Positions 14,900 through 29,487 are shown, counted from the stretch's first letter. The stretch: DNA of 64,000 nucleotides from Vicugna vicugna (GCA_013265495.1 MU057865.1:248001-312000); one strand, 5' to 3'. The notes: a model not told the origin generated them from the sequence alone. Program-made: numbers and translations.

Positions 14900-15354
14900 G
14901 TTATAGTTTAGATCCTATTATAAAATCTTAAATAGACCTCTACTAAAACATTCTAGGAGGCATAAGTAAGATGAAGGTAAATAAATATGACTGGAGACTG
15001 AAAGTCTCCAGTGTAGTGTGGGAGAAAATGTGAGGGGCCTCCTCTCCTAACAGAAAAAAACGAAGCAGTCTGTGGAAGAAAGAAATGGTTTTTCCTGTTT
15101 CTCAGTTCTCCTCCAAATGAAAAACAGAAGATTAAAAAACAGCATTATCATCAAGAAAAATTCAGAAGTGTAACCCTGAACTCACATAATTGAAGTAACT
15201 ACACTAACTCAGATAATCTGAATTCCAGACCTCATTCTGTCATTACCAAATCTCATGACCTTCACAGAACAATTTTGTATCACCAAGCTTCTGATTTCTC
15301 ACACAAAGGTTCCTATTTATCTCAAATTTTAAGACTTTATGAACAGCAAAACGG

Positions 15355-15560
15355 CAAAGTAGAAAGAATAGGAGCTTTGGCGTCAACTCTACCTAATTTG
15401 CAAGATAAAAGACTTTGGGCAATTTACTTAACTTTTCCTTAAGTCCTTCACATCTAAACTAGGGAGATGAATGCCTACCTCAGAGGACTGCGTAACAAGT
15501 CTAATGTATGTGGAGCATCTATCTCATGGTGTCTGCTACAGAGGTGCGAGTTCTTAATTG
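15355..15560 (+). mobile_element. MIR SINE
   Basis: Core gactttgggcaatttacttaacttttcc...catctaaa. Confidence 0.6.
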
Positions 15561-15724
15561 TTGACTGTTCATAGCTGACGTTCAATTCAACTAACATGCA
15601 GTTTTAAGTACTAAAGAGGTAAAAACCACTAAAGAGGTGAAAAGCAGTCAGTAAAAATACAACTTCACAGTAAATTATTTGAGTTCACTAACATGCCTAG
15701 TCCTTCATTTTATTTTTGCGTGAA

Positions 15725-15960
15725 TAATAACAGTATCTAACATTTAGCAAGAACTGTGTGTCAGATACTTTTCTAAACGCTTTAATGTGTATTAACTTAT
15801 TTAATCTTTCAACAACCCTTAAAGGTCAGTTACTATCGCTGTATCTCCATTTTTAAGACGAGAAACTAGGGCCACACAAAGAATACTTATACAAGTTTAC
15901 CCAGCTAGTAAGTGGCAGAGTCAAGCTTTGAACTCACATATTCTGACCCTACTGCCTACA
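15725..15960 (-). mobile_element. MIR SINE
   Basis: tttaatctttcaacaaccct...atctccatttttaagacgagaaact...agctagtaagtggcagag. Confidence 0.75.
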
Positions 15961-16143
15961 AAACACTGCCCTGTAATGTAGCGTTTTGTGTTCCGTGAGA
16001 GCACACGCCATATTCATTGGTAAAGCTCCCAACTTGATCCCAACTAGGGTTTGGTATATCTGGGGAAAAAGAAAAGGAGAAGACAGTTTGAAAAGGTGGA
16101 AAAAGATCAGATTTGAAAATACGTCCTCCCTGGATCTCCGTAC

Positions 16144-16298
16144 CTTTCTACTTCTGCAGGATTTATTCCAGAATTCGACACACCCTCTGACACTGAGCCC
16201 TGAGAATCCTTCTTGGTAGGTTCCAATCCATTCTTTATGTCATCAAAATTTTCATATTTGAGAGCCTGGACCAGCTGTAAGAGGTACATCAACAAATC
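16144..16298 (-). CDS. PIK3C3: PIK3C3 exon 11 (155 nt): [51 protein letters not shown](S)
   Basis: Within ORF 16107-16313; acceptor ttttccag, donor AG|gtacgg. Confidence 0.97.
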
Positions 16299-18919
16299 CT
16301 GGAAAACAAACAAAAAATAAGCTAATACTAGGGGGGAAATGCGGTATGATTATAGACACATTATGTCTAATTATTCCTAAACGTTGGCTAACGGTTTACT
16401 TCTATCTACCACGTATCAGCTCCGTACCTTGGGAAGGCCACTAGGTTTTTTAACCTCTTGATGCCTCTCTGGGGCCTCATCTTTAAAATGGTCATAATCA
16501 TATACATTTCAGAGATTGAGCTGTGAAGATTAAATCAATTAATAGAAGAAAGCCACAGAATAGTGCCTGGCACAGAGTAAGGGACTGATAAATGCCTTGT
16601 TACAGTGTTATCCCAAAAGCAAGGCAAAAACACAAACACAAAGATGAAAGATCAAGATGGTACATAAGAAACTAAGAAATTAGTGAAAGATCCTTTTTCA
16701 GCAATAGATCAGATAATGGTATTTTAGGCACATAAGAAACTCCAAGTTTTCAAGTTTTCAGAGTTTTTGTTTCATAATATTTTCTGACTGGGATTTTTAA
16801 AAATATTGCATTTTCTTTTCCTTAGAAACTTAAGTTTTAGAGAGTTTGGGTTGCTTCTTAAATGGAAAATACTATAAAAATGACATTTTTAACGCTCTTG
16901 GTTAAAGGAAATGTTTACTTTCCTGCCAACTATCAATAATGGCTTGAAGAAAACAAATTCCTAAGCGTGAATTTACCATACTTCTACTGACAATCAATGA
17001 GATAATTAGGACTAAAATGGTGTCAACAAATTAGCTTTTACTTTTCTGAGTTTTCCCTTAATGTAAAAGACTCTTTAGGTTTAATGTCCAGAATGGAAAT
17101 ATTCCCTACCTTACTCTATAAATGTAATTCTTAGCCCTTCCCAATGACTATTACAAAAAAAACCCAAAAAACCACAAAAAAACCCACCCAAATTTTGCTT
17201 TTAAAAATTATTACAAATTGAAGAAACTCACAAAACTCAAAAAAAATGTTTAAGTACGTATTGTCTTCCAGTGCTAATTGCCACTCAGGCCCCTAAAAAC
17301 TCATAATTAGAGAATTGTGAGACTTTGTGACTGCTGGTTCAATTTTAGTCAGCTTTTTAAGCCCAGAAACCAGGTTAAGTCCTTGGCAAATATTCCACGG
17401 ACCACTCTTTCCTTGTGCATTTGTAACAACCACTGCGTTTGTAATTACTTCCTTCCTTCCTCTGTCATTTGTACTATATTACAAACTCCATGAGGACAAA
17501 GATTACTTTCCATCAACCTATTTTTCCTTACTTAACATCACAAATATATACTTTCCATAATTTTTCTTACATTGACACAGTCAGTATTTTTTATAACTGC
17601 CCAAATACTGACTAAAAGCAACACACATGATCTTATCACTAAATATGATTTTTTCACAGAAACATTAAATGAAAGGTTAAATGGCTTATGAATTCTTAAT
17701 CAAATAGATCAATATCAGTGGCCAGGGAAATCAAATGACTCTATATCAAAGCACTTCCAAAGTGTCCTGTTTTTAAAAAGAAATTTTTAATTGGAGCAAC
17801 AGACATTTGGTTTTCTATAATTTTATTTGAGATTTATGGCATCTGATAGCTACAAGTCTACGTACATGCTTTTTCTAAAAAAAAAAATAGCAAATCACAT
17901 AAAACAATTGACTAACATATTTAATCACAAGTATCCTTCTTAGGAGGTGTTACAAGTCAGTTTCACTGCTAGCTTTCACTAACAGGTATGCTTCGAAAAC
18001 GCTCCTGAATGTATCACCTGGCGTGTTTTCCCAGTTAAAGAAAAGACTTATTACCACATGCAATCAAAAAGGCTACACTGTTATTAAATTTCCCAGGAAG
18101 GAGAAAATTCAGAAGAAAACTACTGTTTTTAAATCACTCATAGCCATCTGATTGTGTTGGCTACTCCATATTCAAACTACACTTTGCTTCATTTGTATGA
18201 AAATGAATTAAGTAAGTATAAAGTCTGTTTGCTCATTAGATAGTCACATCTTGAGAAATATAAAATTCCTCCAAGCATAAAGGACATAAGTATCAAGTAA
18301 AACAAAACAAACAAAAAAAATGACATTTCTTTCTCAGGCAATTCGGTAATTCCAAGAGCTATGAAATACTACGTAGGCAGTAATCACTATTTTTCTCAAG
18401 AACAAGTTAATTCTAATGCTTCAGAATACAAATGCAAAGTTCCACGTCAAAAATCACTCCCATTTCTTACTGAATTAAGAGTAACCCTTCAAGTAGGCAT
18501 TTACTGTTATAGAGACATGAGTACATACATCTCACACTTCTGTTAAGTGACATGCTTTCTGTTTTTCCTGGACTTTTCAATCTCCTTGCTTTTGCTCATA
18601 TTGCTTTCTCTACTTGGCCTGTAAACTCATGTCCAGCTCTGAAAACTCTACTCTTCCTTCAATGTCCATCCCAAATACTACATCTTCCTCAAATTCTAAT
18701 GGGGAATCTCTCCTTTTGAACCACACAGCAGTAAGGAATACGGTTTTAAAAATTCCTAAACAGAACATTAAAAAAATCAAATTCAGAAAGGTATTAAAAC
18801 ACTGAACAGGATTTACTTTACAAACGTATGGCTGGCACAGCATTAGAAATTCAGCATATATTTCATATATAGTATATATTATACAGGGATGTTTTCCAGA
18901 TTGCATGATGCTATACAGG

Positions 18920-19980
18920 GACAAATCTCACATCTATTAAAGTTATTAAGAGAAATCACTAAAGTAACTAGATAAAGCATAAGATTAAAATAAAAACATA
19001 GTTTTCCATTTAACTGAGAGAAATAAAGAGATAAAAGGGGTGAGGCAGTTCATAATACTAACAACTGTTACAGAATAAATACACTTTTAAAAATGTGATA
19101 ATATAAAATTGTGACTTGAATAAAAAAAAAATCATATATGTCCAGGAGGGAAGATTTAATATAAAGACATGAATTTTTCTCTAATGTAATATATACATTT
19201 AATGCAATCTCACTTAGTATTTGGGTGGAGTTTTAAGAAAATGATAAAATTATTCTAAAATTCTTGGGAAGAATAAATGTACAAAAATTATTTTTAAAAT
19301 TGTTTAAAAAGAAGAAAGAGGGTATTTATTCAATCATGTTTCTAGTGTTATAAAGCAACTGCAATTTTTTAACAGTATGATAAAAGCATAAAAAGAGAAG
19401 ATTGATAGAGGGTTATCAGCAAAATGTAAAAGCCATATATTGTTGGATTTAATAATTCCAGTGAAAGCTACTTATTCAAGAACACAGAAAAATATATATA
19501 CACAAGTCTGTTCACTAAAATACAGTTACAGAAAAGATCACAAATAATACAACCGAGTATCAGGAGACGGTAACTGGTTAAATAAATTATAAAATAAACT
19601 TGTAGTAAAATACTATGCTGCTGTTTAAAAAGAATAAGGTAGATCTACAGGCGTCCATAAAGTATAAAAACACAGTGTTTTTCTATAGATTAAAAGTACA
19701 TTTAGCATCCTTGGCCTTGATATTCATTTGCCTATAATTCCAGGTTTTACGGACGCAAAATGTATGTGCTGCGGGGATGAGAAAATGTCTAAGATTATAC
19801 TGTTCAGTTATTAATAAGGCAAGTTTTTAACAATATGGGATATTCCTCTTTATGTTAATTTTTAAAAAGGGGTATATATACACTGTACCTGCATTATGTA
19901 TGCTTGCAATTTGCATAGAGAATACATGAAGAGAGATATGAGTGGCTACCTTTCTGGGGATAAAAAACAGTTGGAGGAGT
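18920..19980 (+). mobile_element. Old, highly diverged L1 (L1M-type) fragments
   Basis: ggaagatttaatataaagacatg...tttaatgcaatc; tactatgctgctgtttaaaaagaataaggtagatcta. Confidence 0.55.
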
Positions 19981-22084
19981 GATGTTGTTACTATTTAAAA
20001 GCAAAGCAAATCAGAAAAAAAAAAAAAAAAGATGAAAGAAACAAAAATACGACTTGCTTCCAGGGATGGTTAAGAGAGGTTTCCCAGAGATGGTGAGGTC
20101 TGTGCTACAGCTCACAGGGGGGACAGGAGGAAGACGCCTCTGGGACGATGAAGTGACAAAGGCAAGGCTACTGGAGAGACTATGATATATTGGAAAAATC
20201 AGACTGTGCAAATATAAAACACAGTATTTTTCATTCAAGTTTTCCAGCCGCTCAAGATGTGGATACTTAGACAAAAGGATCTCTGACGTATATTTTCACG
20301 CTATGATTATAATATATATTATTATATATAGTCTACAATTACATCATCCCTTGCAATACCAAAAAGAAAATCACATGAAGTTTGTAACACCATAAATACA
20401 GTACTCCACAGATGAAGCAACAGCAAGGGGACATTTTAAACCACTTAGAAACGAATGGTACAACATGAATGATCTTCATATGAAGTTTACATAATGGAAA
20501 TATACAATCTTCTGCTTACGTGTATGAGTAGTTTTCAAAATTTTGCCCCACATAGTTTTTTCTTCTTACTGAGCTAAATTCAGAGAAAGGGAAATCCATA
20601 GATGATGTAACTACTATGCTGTTTATGCTGTATCTCTAAAACCTTACAAAAAAAAAAAATCTAACCACCATATTTTGCAGCTTAGGATACATGCCGTATT
20701 CCTATCATTATCCTCCACCTCAGAACAACAGAAACAGGTCAGTACTTGCATGAATACTGTTAACTCCAGAGACAGTCAAATGCTTAGCCTCTAAGCTTGC
20801 AAGCGAAGCATCAAAAATGATGACTTACAATTTTTGTTTCTGAACTCACGCTGAGGGGCTGTCCTGACTACAGCCCAGAGGCTTTTATCTAAACTCTGAC
20901 TCACGACAAACACAGATGGAAACTTAATGACTTCAGTGAGATTTCTAGTGAATTTCAAAATAAATATTTCATTATTTCAAATAAATATTGTAATAATTTT
21001 TTTTTCACTTGTGATACAGTAAAGACAATGAAGGAGAGGATACCATGCTGAATCACAATGCTAAGAATTACTATTTGACAGAAGAGTGAAAAACATCCCA
21101 TCCTCAAAATATCTGAGATTTGCCTCAAAATAATCTAGTAGCAGGTCGGGCATGGGGAGGAGAGAACAACTGGGGTTAAAGATGGAGCAAAATTGGCTGT
21201 GAGTTGGCAACTGCTGAACATGAGGGAATTATATATAAGAATATACTATATTATCCATTTCAGTGTTTAAATTTTACGATGATTAAATACATATACAACT
21301 ATCCACCTTAATAAATGCTGTGTTTTGCTTCTTGAAATTCAGACACCACTATGAATTCAAAATGATTTTTTTAAAAAAGGTCTTTGATAATAATTGTTCT
21401 TTGGGATCAGCACTCCATTATAAACCGAGGCTTGAGAAGAGTCACCCTGTACCCCACAGGCCCTGCAGGTTAGCATCAGCTATTGGGTCACGTTTGAGAA
21501 CACATTCTCCCTATAAAAATTAATAAGTCAAAAAAAATTACTAGATTAGTCTACCTTATTAGGAATTACTAAAACTCAATATCCAGCAATGCTCTGTGTC
21601 AACACTGAGTGTTCCCCCTTCCCCGGTGGCCTTACGTGTGTATAAATAGCCAGCATAAGTTTGCAGTCTTTGCCTTCCAGAGGATTCAAAACCACCTTCA
21701 GAAAATCTACATATACACATCATTGTCAGCAGCTTAAGTTTAAAGAAGGAGTTTGAAGGAGACTGAGATGACTGTGCATCTCAAAGCTTTAAAGGCCCCA
21801 AGGGCTTTTCAAGGCCACCATTAAATGTGGCTTGTTGTAGACTGACTGATAGAGGGGATCTGAATTATTCCCTAGCTGGTACTGCATTAAACCATTTTTC
21901 ATTAGGATTCCTTTTTCCAGACAGAGCAAGACCAGCCCTGCTGCCAGGGAAATGTCCTGGGAGACACTGTCCTATCACGTAACAGGTCGGGAAGTAAATT
22001 TTCATTTCACAGAGAAGTCCTTGGAGGAATATTTTAATTTTACTTCTGAAAACACACATAGTATATCCTCTTCCCTTCTAAAAA

Positions 22085-22120
22085 TCTCTCTCTCTCTCTC
22101 ACACACACACACATACACAC
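22085..22120. repeat. Compound (CT)n(CA)n microsatellite
   Basis: tctctctctctctctcacacacacacacatacacac. Confidence 0.9.
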
Positions 22121-22177
22121 AGTCTACAATCAGGCTCTAGTTTAAAATGTCCCTAGCTGAATGAATAAATACTGCAC

Positions 22178-22363
22178 CTCATCATCCGCCTGTCGTAACC
22201 TGGCAACTGCATACCGCCTCACTGTGGGATTGGTGTAATGGGAAGACAGCAGCTCCAAGGAGTCCTCCACATCCATTGGCTTCCACTTTCCCAGCAGCTC
22301 CAATGCCTGTTTGGCCTCCTGCGGTAGATCCCAGTTAACACACTTCAAGAACTTCGTCAAAGC
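22178..22363 (-). CDS. PIK3C3: PIK3C3 exon 10 (186 nt), helical domain: [18 protein letters not shown]...RLRQADDE
   Basis: Overlaps ORF 22142-22360; acceptor atttcag, donor GAG|gtgcag. Confidence 0.97.
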
Positions 22364-24189
22364 CTGAAATCAGAAAAGATTTAAAAATTAGAAATCGCTT
22401 GTTCTGGGATAGGGGAGGTCAAGGGTGACCTAGTCAGAGCTCAACCTGGTCCGGAAGGCAGTCACAAAGTTAACAACAAACCCCCTGCATAAATACAAAG
22501 TTATGCATACAATCCTAGCAAAACATGCAGGATGGGGGTGGGCGGGGGAAGCATGTTTCCTGTAACTTCACATTTTTTTCAGGTCAAACCACTACACAGC
22601 ATTATGAATTTTAAAATTTTCTTCGGCTTTTTTTCATTTTGCCTTTCTTAATCTAAACTACATCGGGCGTCAAGACAACAAAACAACTGAGGTATGACTC
22701 ATGAACTCTGAGATGCCTTAGGAATACTTCACTTTATAACATCAACATGTGACATAAAATACCGTCAAGGAATCAGAGTCCAAAGCCAAGAAGCGAAGAA
22801 CCCCCACCACGAACCCCACTCTTGGAACTCCTTCTGGCTGCATGGCACGGACCTCTGCTTCGAGCTTACTGGCGAGCAAGTCACTTTCCTTACGTATCGC
22901 TCTGTTGTCAAGACCCCCTTCACCCTGTACTTCAGTTAACCCCAGGCTCTTCCTTTTCTCTCTTCCGGTGACCACATACGCAATGACTTTAATTTCATTT
23001 TTGCACTTCACTTTGACTCTTTGTATTACAACGTGAAGTTGAGTTGCATATACAGACACAGCCTTGGGAGGGCAGGTCCGCAACCTTTCTCCACTGTAAT
23101 ATGTTTTATTCACAAATAAAATTCTTCAAGCAGTCAGGAAAAAAAAATGTACCATTTAGTACTGCCCATCATTTAGTGCTTCCTCTCTCCATGTAAGAAC
23201 ACAGACTGCCCTCCTAACTTATTCCAAGCATTTATTTTTCATTTCTAAAATGTTTGTCTAGATTGAATGCAGAAACAAAGCGCCACTTCTTAAATAACTC
23301 AAGTGAAAGCTTCTCCATTTCACAGTACATCAGCAGCCTTAATATAAACGTGCACGTACGTACTTAATACAAGCAAATCCTGCGGCATGCCCACGTCGTC
23401 AATTCAATAACTGAAACAAACCAACTCCCGGATAATCAGACTTAGAGATTTGTTAGAAGATTCATGGAGCACGCCGCTGCCACGGAACTGAAGGCCCTGG
23501 ACAAAGGTTTCACAGCTCGATAGTGCTAAATGTTATGAATGTAAACAAGGTGGGAGTAAAATGAAGGAAGAAACAAGAATAATGAGAAAGGAAGTGTCAA
23601 GAATCTGAAGACAGCAGTAGTAATGATGAAACTTCATCTCAGATCCTTTAAAGATGTTTCACTGATCTGCGTAAAATGAAGGTAAAGGATTCAAATGCAA
23701 TTTTATCCCTAGAGCTCCCACAGGTAACTGGACGGTGCAGGCTTTCGAGGCAGTGTGTTTGGGTTCAAATCCTAATTTCTAGCTTCATCCATTATTACTG
23801 AGTTACAAGAAGCACATTATTTAACTTTTAAGGAGTAAGGCTGTGGTAAAGATGAATAATGAATGCAAATGTTTAAAACAGTATATATGTAATAAATACT
23901 TGATGAATGTTAATTATTTTATTATCTGATATTATCATTGCTATTTTTGCTGTTGAATCAGTATCAAATGTTAACATTACTGAACATATTACATAATAAT
24001 TAAATTGTATAATTTATCCTATATTAACAGCAATAAATACTTTCTGAACCTCCTTTCTGATCTCAGAATCACCTGTTATCACCCACTTTTAGAATCATGA
24101 CCACACTTCAGAGCTGAAAACACTGTACTGATCACACATTTCTAATTTTAGCTTCTACCAAGTTAATGATTGGAAATTTCTACTTTGTT

Positions 24190-24390
24190 GCTAAAAGAAA
24201 ACCTGCTCCTCTACTCAAGATACTTCGACACCAAATGTGTGGGGTTTCCACACGAAACAATTCCCTAATTCTCCACAGACACTAACTGGGTATCCTATAA
24301 TTTAACTGAATTCTGACACTCAGTGCACATTGCCGAAGCTTAGGAGTGAGTCTCATGAAACTGCTTCCCATTTCAGATGCTAATTATGTC
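24190..24390. mobile_element. MER21-like LTR fragment
   Basis: gacaccaaatgtgtggggtttccacac...actaactgggtatcctataatttaactgaattctgacact matches the recalled MER21 pattern. Confidence 0.65.
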
Positions 24391-24595
24391 TTTTTTTATT
24401 CTCAGCTCTGCTCCAATCAACTTAGTTCATCGTCCTTAATAACATCGCTTGTTAAGACACATTCTGTTGCTTTAGGGGTTTCCTGCTGCCAGTGATACCC
24501 AACTCAGAAGCACAGAATTCAAGGCTCATTACAATCTGGCTCCATCTTTTCTATTTAAAGAACATTCATTCAGACTTTTCAGTCTTCTGAGCTAG

Positions 24596-25108
24596 TGTTA
24601 AAGCAGGCAGTTAGCAAGGTATCAGCAGAGAAAGGGGGGGCATGGGCCATGTGGCAGGAAATCACTTATCTTGAAATGACAGGGGGCCTAGAGGGCAAAA
24701 GAAAGGCAGGAATCTCCAGGGTCCAAAAGGAACCTTTTTCTCGTTATGCCCTCATTACAATGAAACTAGCCTTGCAAATAAGAAATATTCCTCTTGCACC
24801 ACGCCACATTTCCAATCAAGATCAAATAAGGACAAAAAAGCCCTCCTCCCCTTACGAAGGCAGAGCTGGGATGAAAATCAGGAAATATGACCCAAATCCC
24901 TCCCTCCTCAATGAATATTCCACCCAGTCATTTTACACCCGATATAACCAGCCTGCCAAAGAAACTCGGGGCAGCTGCTCACCTGAGTCTGCCTGCTCAC
25001 CCTCCTGAGAATTTAGCCTCCTAATAAGTTCTTGCTTTGCCTTCTTGGCCTCTGCATCTTGTCTCTCAATTCTTTCTGCAGTGAGACACGAACCTACTCT
25101 CTGTAACA
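24596..25108 (+). mobile_element. Solo LTR (513 bp), probably ERV1 class
   Basis: Termini TGTTA...TAACA; 4-bp flanks ctag/gtag; TATA-like gatataa at ~24940 followed by polyA-like ctaataag at 25021. Confidence 0.7.
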
Positions 25109-27516
25109 GTAGCACTCTGCCTTGGTCACATTTTTCTTTCCCATGAAAAATGATCATCAAATAAAAACGACCATCAAAGTTTTGTTCAAACTTCAAGACC
25201 CATCTTAGCTCTGTAAAACCTTCGTATCACAGCACACTGAACTTGTCCCCTTCCACATGTCTATGACAGTCATTACCTGTGACGCTTAATCAGTTACTAT
25301 CCTACGCGTCTCCATTTTGGTTGTGTATAATTATCTTTTCCCTAAAACAATTTTAATTTATACGAAGACAGGGACATCATACCTTGAAGCCCAGAACCTT
25401 AAATAATGCTAGACTAAGAGTTGATAGCAAGTGTTTGCTGAACTGAATTCATTTCTGCTTTGGCTTGCCATCAACTTCTTGCCAGGAGACACAAGTATGC
25501 TAATTGTCCTGACGTCCCTGTCTCAGAAGCAGCCTCATAAGAGTATTCAGTGTGCATCACTGTTACCTTCACCACAGATGATTCTTCCTACTGTGTTCGT
25601 TCCTGAAGCATAGTTGAAAGGCATTAAGTTAAAATAACGTTTTTTTAATTAATGCTTTTATCCAAGAAAGACCATCTACACATATTAAAAGCTGGATTTA
25701 GTAAGTTAGAATATTCACTCTTTGGGTTCCACAAAAATGAGTCACTTCCTACATGCTATGGACCACAAACGCTAAAATACTACATAAATTTAACTGATTT
25801 TGTTAGATGAAGTTATTACTGTGAACTTTTCAGGTGCCAACATCAAGTTTAGACTAGAAGGCTTTTATCTAAAATACTTAAGACAGGTCATTTAGGAAAA
25901 AAAAAAATTGGAAAGGCCAAATTTAATTAAAAAAAAAAGAGAAGTATAACTTTGTAAGAACCAATTGCCATCAATTTATTTTCTGAGCACTGCTTTCTCT
26001 CTAGGAAATCTTTTCAGCTTTGAGACTCAGATGTCAAATAACCTAAATCACAGTTCCTGAGAAATGGACCTTGAACGAATTTCTTTTATAAATAAAGGAC
26101 AAGGGTACAGGAGTATTTATTTTCTACAAAACCCATTTGAAATTATTAGAAAGATACAGATGTGGCTATGTGAATAATTCCTCTGGTCACTTCCAGACCC
26201 ATACATATTTGGTTTACTGAAAAGTGTTTTCTAAACATTAAAAAGTATTATTCACTCTACTCCAGTGATTGCAAGAATCCTGTAATATATCCTGAGAATT
26301 GAAGTTTCATCATCGACCTTTTGAAAACTTGAAATCAACTAGTTAAATGAAACTTGTCACACACTTTATATCACTTGAACATTTTATTTATTTTTTTTGC
26401 ACATATCTAGAAGTAACTGAATTTCAGTGGGAAGTGACTACTTGTTTAAACAAACAATTTTTCTTCCAAGTCCTTCTCTCTAAGGGAGTTCTGCTCTGTA
26501 AATCTATTCTATGCTTTCTGAACCTACACATTGTATCAGGCTGAACTCAATATCTTGTTGTGTTGTTTTAGACAACACTGTGCTGCATTCAAGATGCAAT
26601 TTCTGTTACTCTTCATTTAACAAAGCATCACGATACTAACTCAATCTTTTTTAAAACACAGAGTCACAAACCTCTGCTTCTGCTGCTGAATATTTCCTTT
26701 TTTTGCAGTGATGAAGAGAACAGCACTCAAAAGCTACAGAAAATGTGAAATTCCTCCATGTTTTGTTGTAGATATAAAAGAGAATGAATATGAGTCATCC
26801 GCAAAGAATTCCCCAAGGCTTCAATACAGGATAAAGAAGAAAAGCTGAACAGTTACAACGAGCTGCAACTGGACTTTTATCCTAACTTTTACAAACTAAA
26901 GGAAATATAACTGTTTCAGAAAAACAAGGTAACAAAGTTTACGGTCTCATGAGATTGGAAACACACTCATTCATTCTCACGTAATTATATAATAGGTTTC
27001 TGATGGATGTTAATTTTCCTCATGCAGCTCCGTTTTGCCTGCAATGCATTTCAGAACTCCTGCTAAGGTACGAATGATGCTGCAAATATTTCCTCTATAA
27101 TCCTCTTTTCTATGACTTCATAACTACCTTCTGTTCTAACTCATAAATGTGAGCCTATCAAGAGGCAGCATTTATAAGCTTTGATTCTGCACACGTTTCT
27201 CAACCTTCCTAAGACTCAAGTTCCCCCACCGGGGGAACAGGACGAACAGTATCTACCTTGTGGGGCGGTTGCGGGATTGCAAAGATCCCTGGCACACAGT
27301 GGTTGTTTAATGGATGCTGATTATTATTATTCTACCTTAACAGTTAGTCCTGGAACCCATGTTCTAAGAATTTATTGACTACCTTATGAACTAGAAAAGA
27401 CAAAGTTCACTATCATTTAATTGACTCATATTAAATATGAGGAAACTGAAGCAGTCAAAAAGCTTCTTCATGACAATAAACAGTAATAAATAGTAAGACT
27501 CAAAACTAAGTCTCCA

Positions 27517-28054
27517 ATGGAAACAGCCTAAATGTCCATCGACAGATGACTGGATAAAGAAGTTGTGGTATATTTATACAATGGGATACCACTCAGCCAT
27601 AAAAACTAATAAAATAATGCCATTTGCAGAAACACGGATGGCCCTGGAGAATGTCATTCTAAGTGAAGTAAGCCAGAAAGAGAAAGAAAAATATCATATG
27701 ATACTACTTATATGCGGAATCTTAGAAAAAAAAAAAGACAAATGAGCTTATATATAAAACAGAAACAGACTCACACACATAGAAAACAAACTTATGGTTA
27801 CCAGGGTGAGAACGGGGTGGGAAGGGATAAACTGGGAGTTCGAGATGTGCACATACTGACTGGTGTATATAAAAGATAGACAAGTTTATACTGTATAGCA
27901 CAGGGAACTATATTCAATATCTTGCAGTAGCTCATGGTGAAAAAGAATATGAAACAAATATATGTATATGTATGACTGAAGCATGCTGTAAACCAGAAAT
28001 TGACACAACATTGTAAACTGACTATATTTCAATTAAAAAAGCCCAAATAAACAG
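27517..28054 (+). mobile_element. 5'-truncated L1 (ORF2 C-terminal remnant plus 3'UTR) with TSD
   Basis: WYIYTMGYHSAIK...MPFAETRMALENVILSEVSQKEKEKYHMILLICG is the L1 ORF2p C-terminus; TSD core taagtctcca on both sides. Confidence 0.92.
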
Positions 28055-28685
28055 TAAGTCTCCAGACTCAAGTCTAATGCCAAGTACTTCATCACAATTC
28101 TCTCCCCTAGAAACGTTCTCTACTCCATAGCTTCATTATGGAATGCAAATGTCTAGTTCTGACCTCGCCTCTCTCCTGCACACCAAGCTGGACTCCACCA
28201 ACTCAATTAACATTTCAAATTACATTTCACGCACTCTCTCTCAAGCCACATTTCCTCCAGAATTCTACAGTTCTTTTAATAACGTAAATCTTTTGCTAAT
28301 CCCCCCAGGCTCAAAGAGGTGAGAAGAATGAAGATTAACATGAATTCACATTTACTCTGCACCCACTATGCACCAAGTACTCTGCCAGGTTAGTCACCCG
28401 TTTTATTTTTCCACCTGTGAAGGAAGACGGTCATCGTTAGAAACATGAGGAAACAAAGCTTCCAAAGCAATTTGCCTCCCCTTACGCAGTAAGAGTAAGT
28501 TCAGTGCCAGAAACAGAACCCAAGTCTGTTGCCTTAACCTTCAGAAATTGTTTATGTATCAACAAGCTAGCACACATGTCTTTTTCTGTACACCTTCGAA
28601 ATTTTTTTAAAATGGAGTAACAGACAGATATCTATACCTTTTTTTTAAATTTGAAAATAAATACGTTATTTCCATGGCAGTTTTA

Positions 28686-28847
<162 letters not shown>

Positions 28848-29487
28848 CTACAACAAAGAAAACAAAATGAAGTACTTTGATCAAAAAACATCTTTTCACT
28901 TTCATTTATTTAAAATTTTTCATTTATTTGAATATATCTATAACTGAAGTATTATAGAAGCAAGGAGAACGTACATGCAGACAAGTAAGATTTAAATTTG
29001 CTGTAATCAGTTCAAAAAGGATATTATCAGAGTGTCACAGGGAGAAAAAGATAAAGAAGTCACACTCCATATTAAAAAAAGTACGTAATTACAGGTAATT
29101 TACTTCAACCCAAAACACAACAAACTAAAATAACAAAGCATCTCCCTCAACCCCACTCCCAAAAAACGGGAAAAGATAATAATAAACATTTCTCTTGTCA
29201 AGTTTAATACATACAACAAGTCCTCTCAGGCAATGTACCTTAGGGCCAGTTTCTAAGGACACGAGATCCAGAAAGCATATGCTATCTGTAGCTCTGTCTC
29301 CAGAGCTCATATATTTACTGAAAGCCCCCAAATGATTAAAAAAAACTACAGAAATGCGACATTGTTGAAATCACGTGGGGCTCATTAACCTGGAAAAAAA
29401 CGTGCATCTGAATCACTTTCAAGTGACGTGCTCTCACATCAGTTGCAACCAAAATACTCACTTAATTATTTTTATATTCATATTTTA

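Noticed and set aside
14990..15012. Perfect hairpin actggagact-gaa-agtctccagt
   Set aside because: A 10-bp stem is roughly expected by chance in 64 kb and is too short for a pre-miRNA
24595..25008. 137-aa ORF as a novel gene
   Set aside because: Starts at a GTG on the LTR boundary, lies wholly inside the solo LTR and has no recognisable homology
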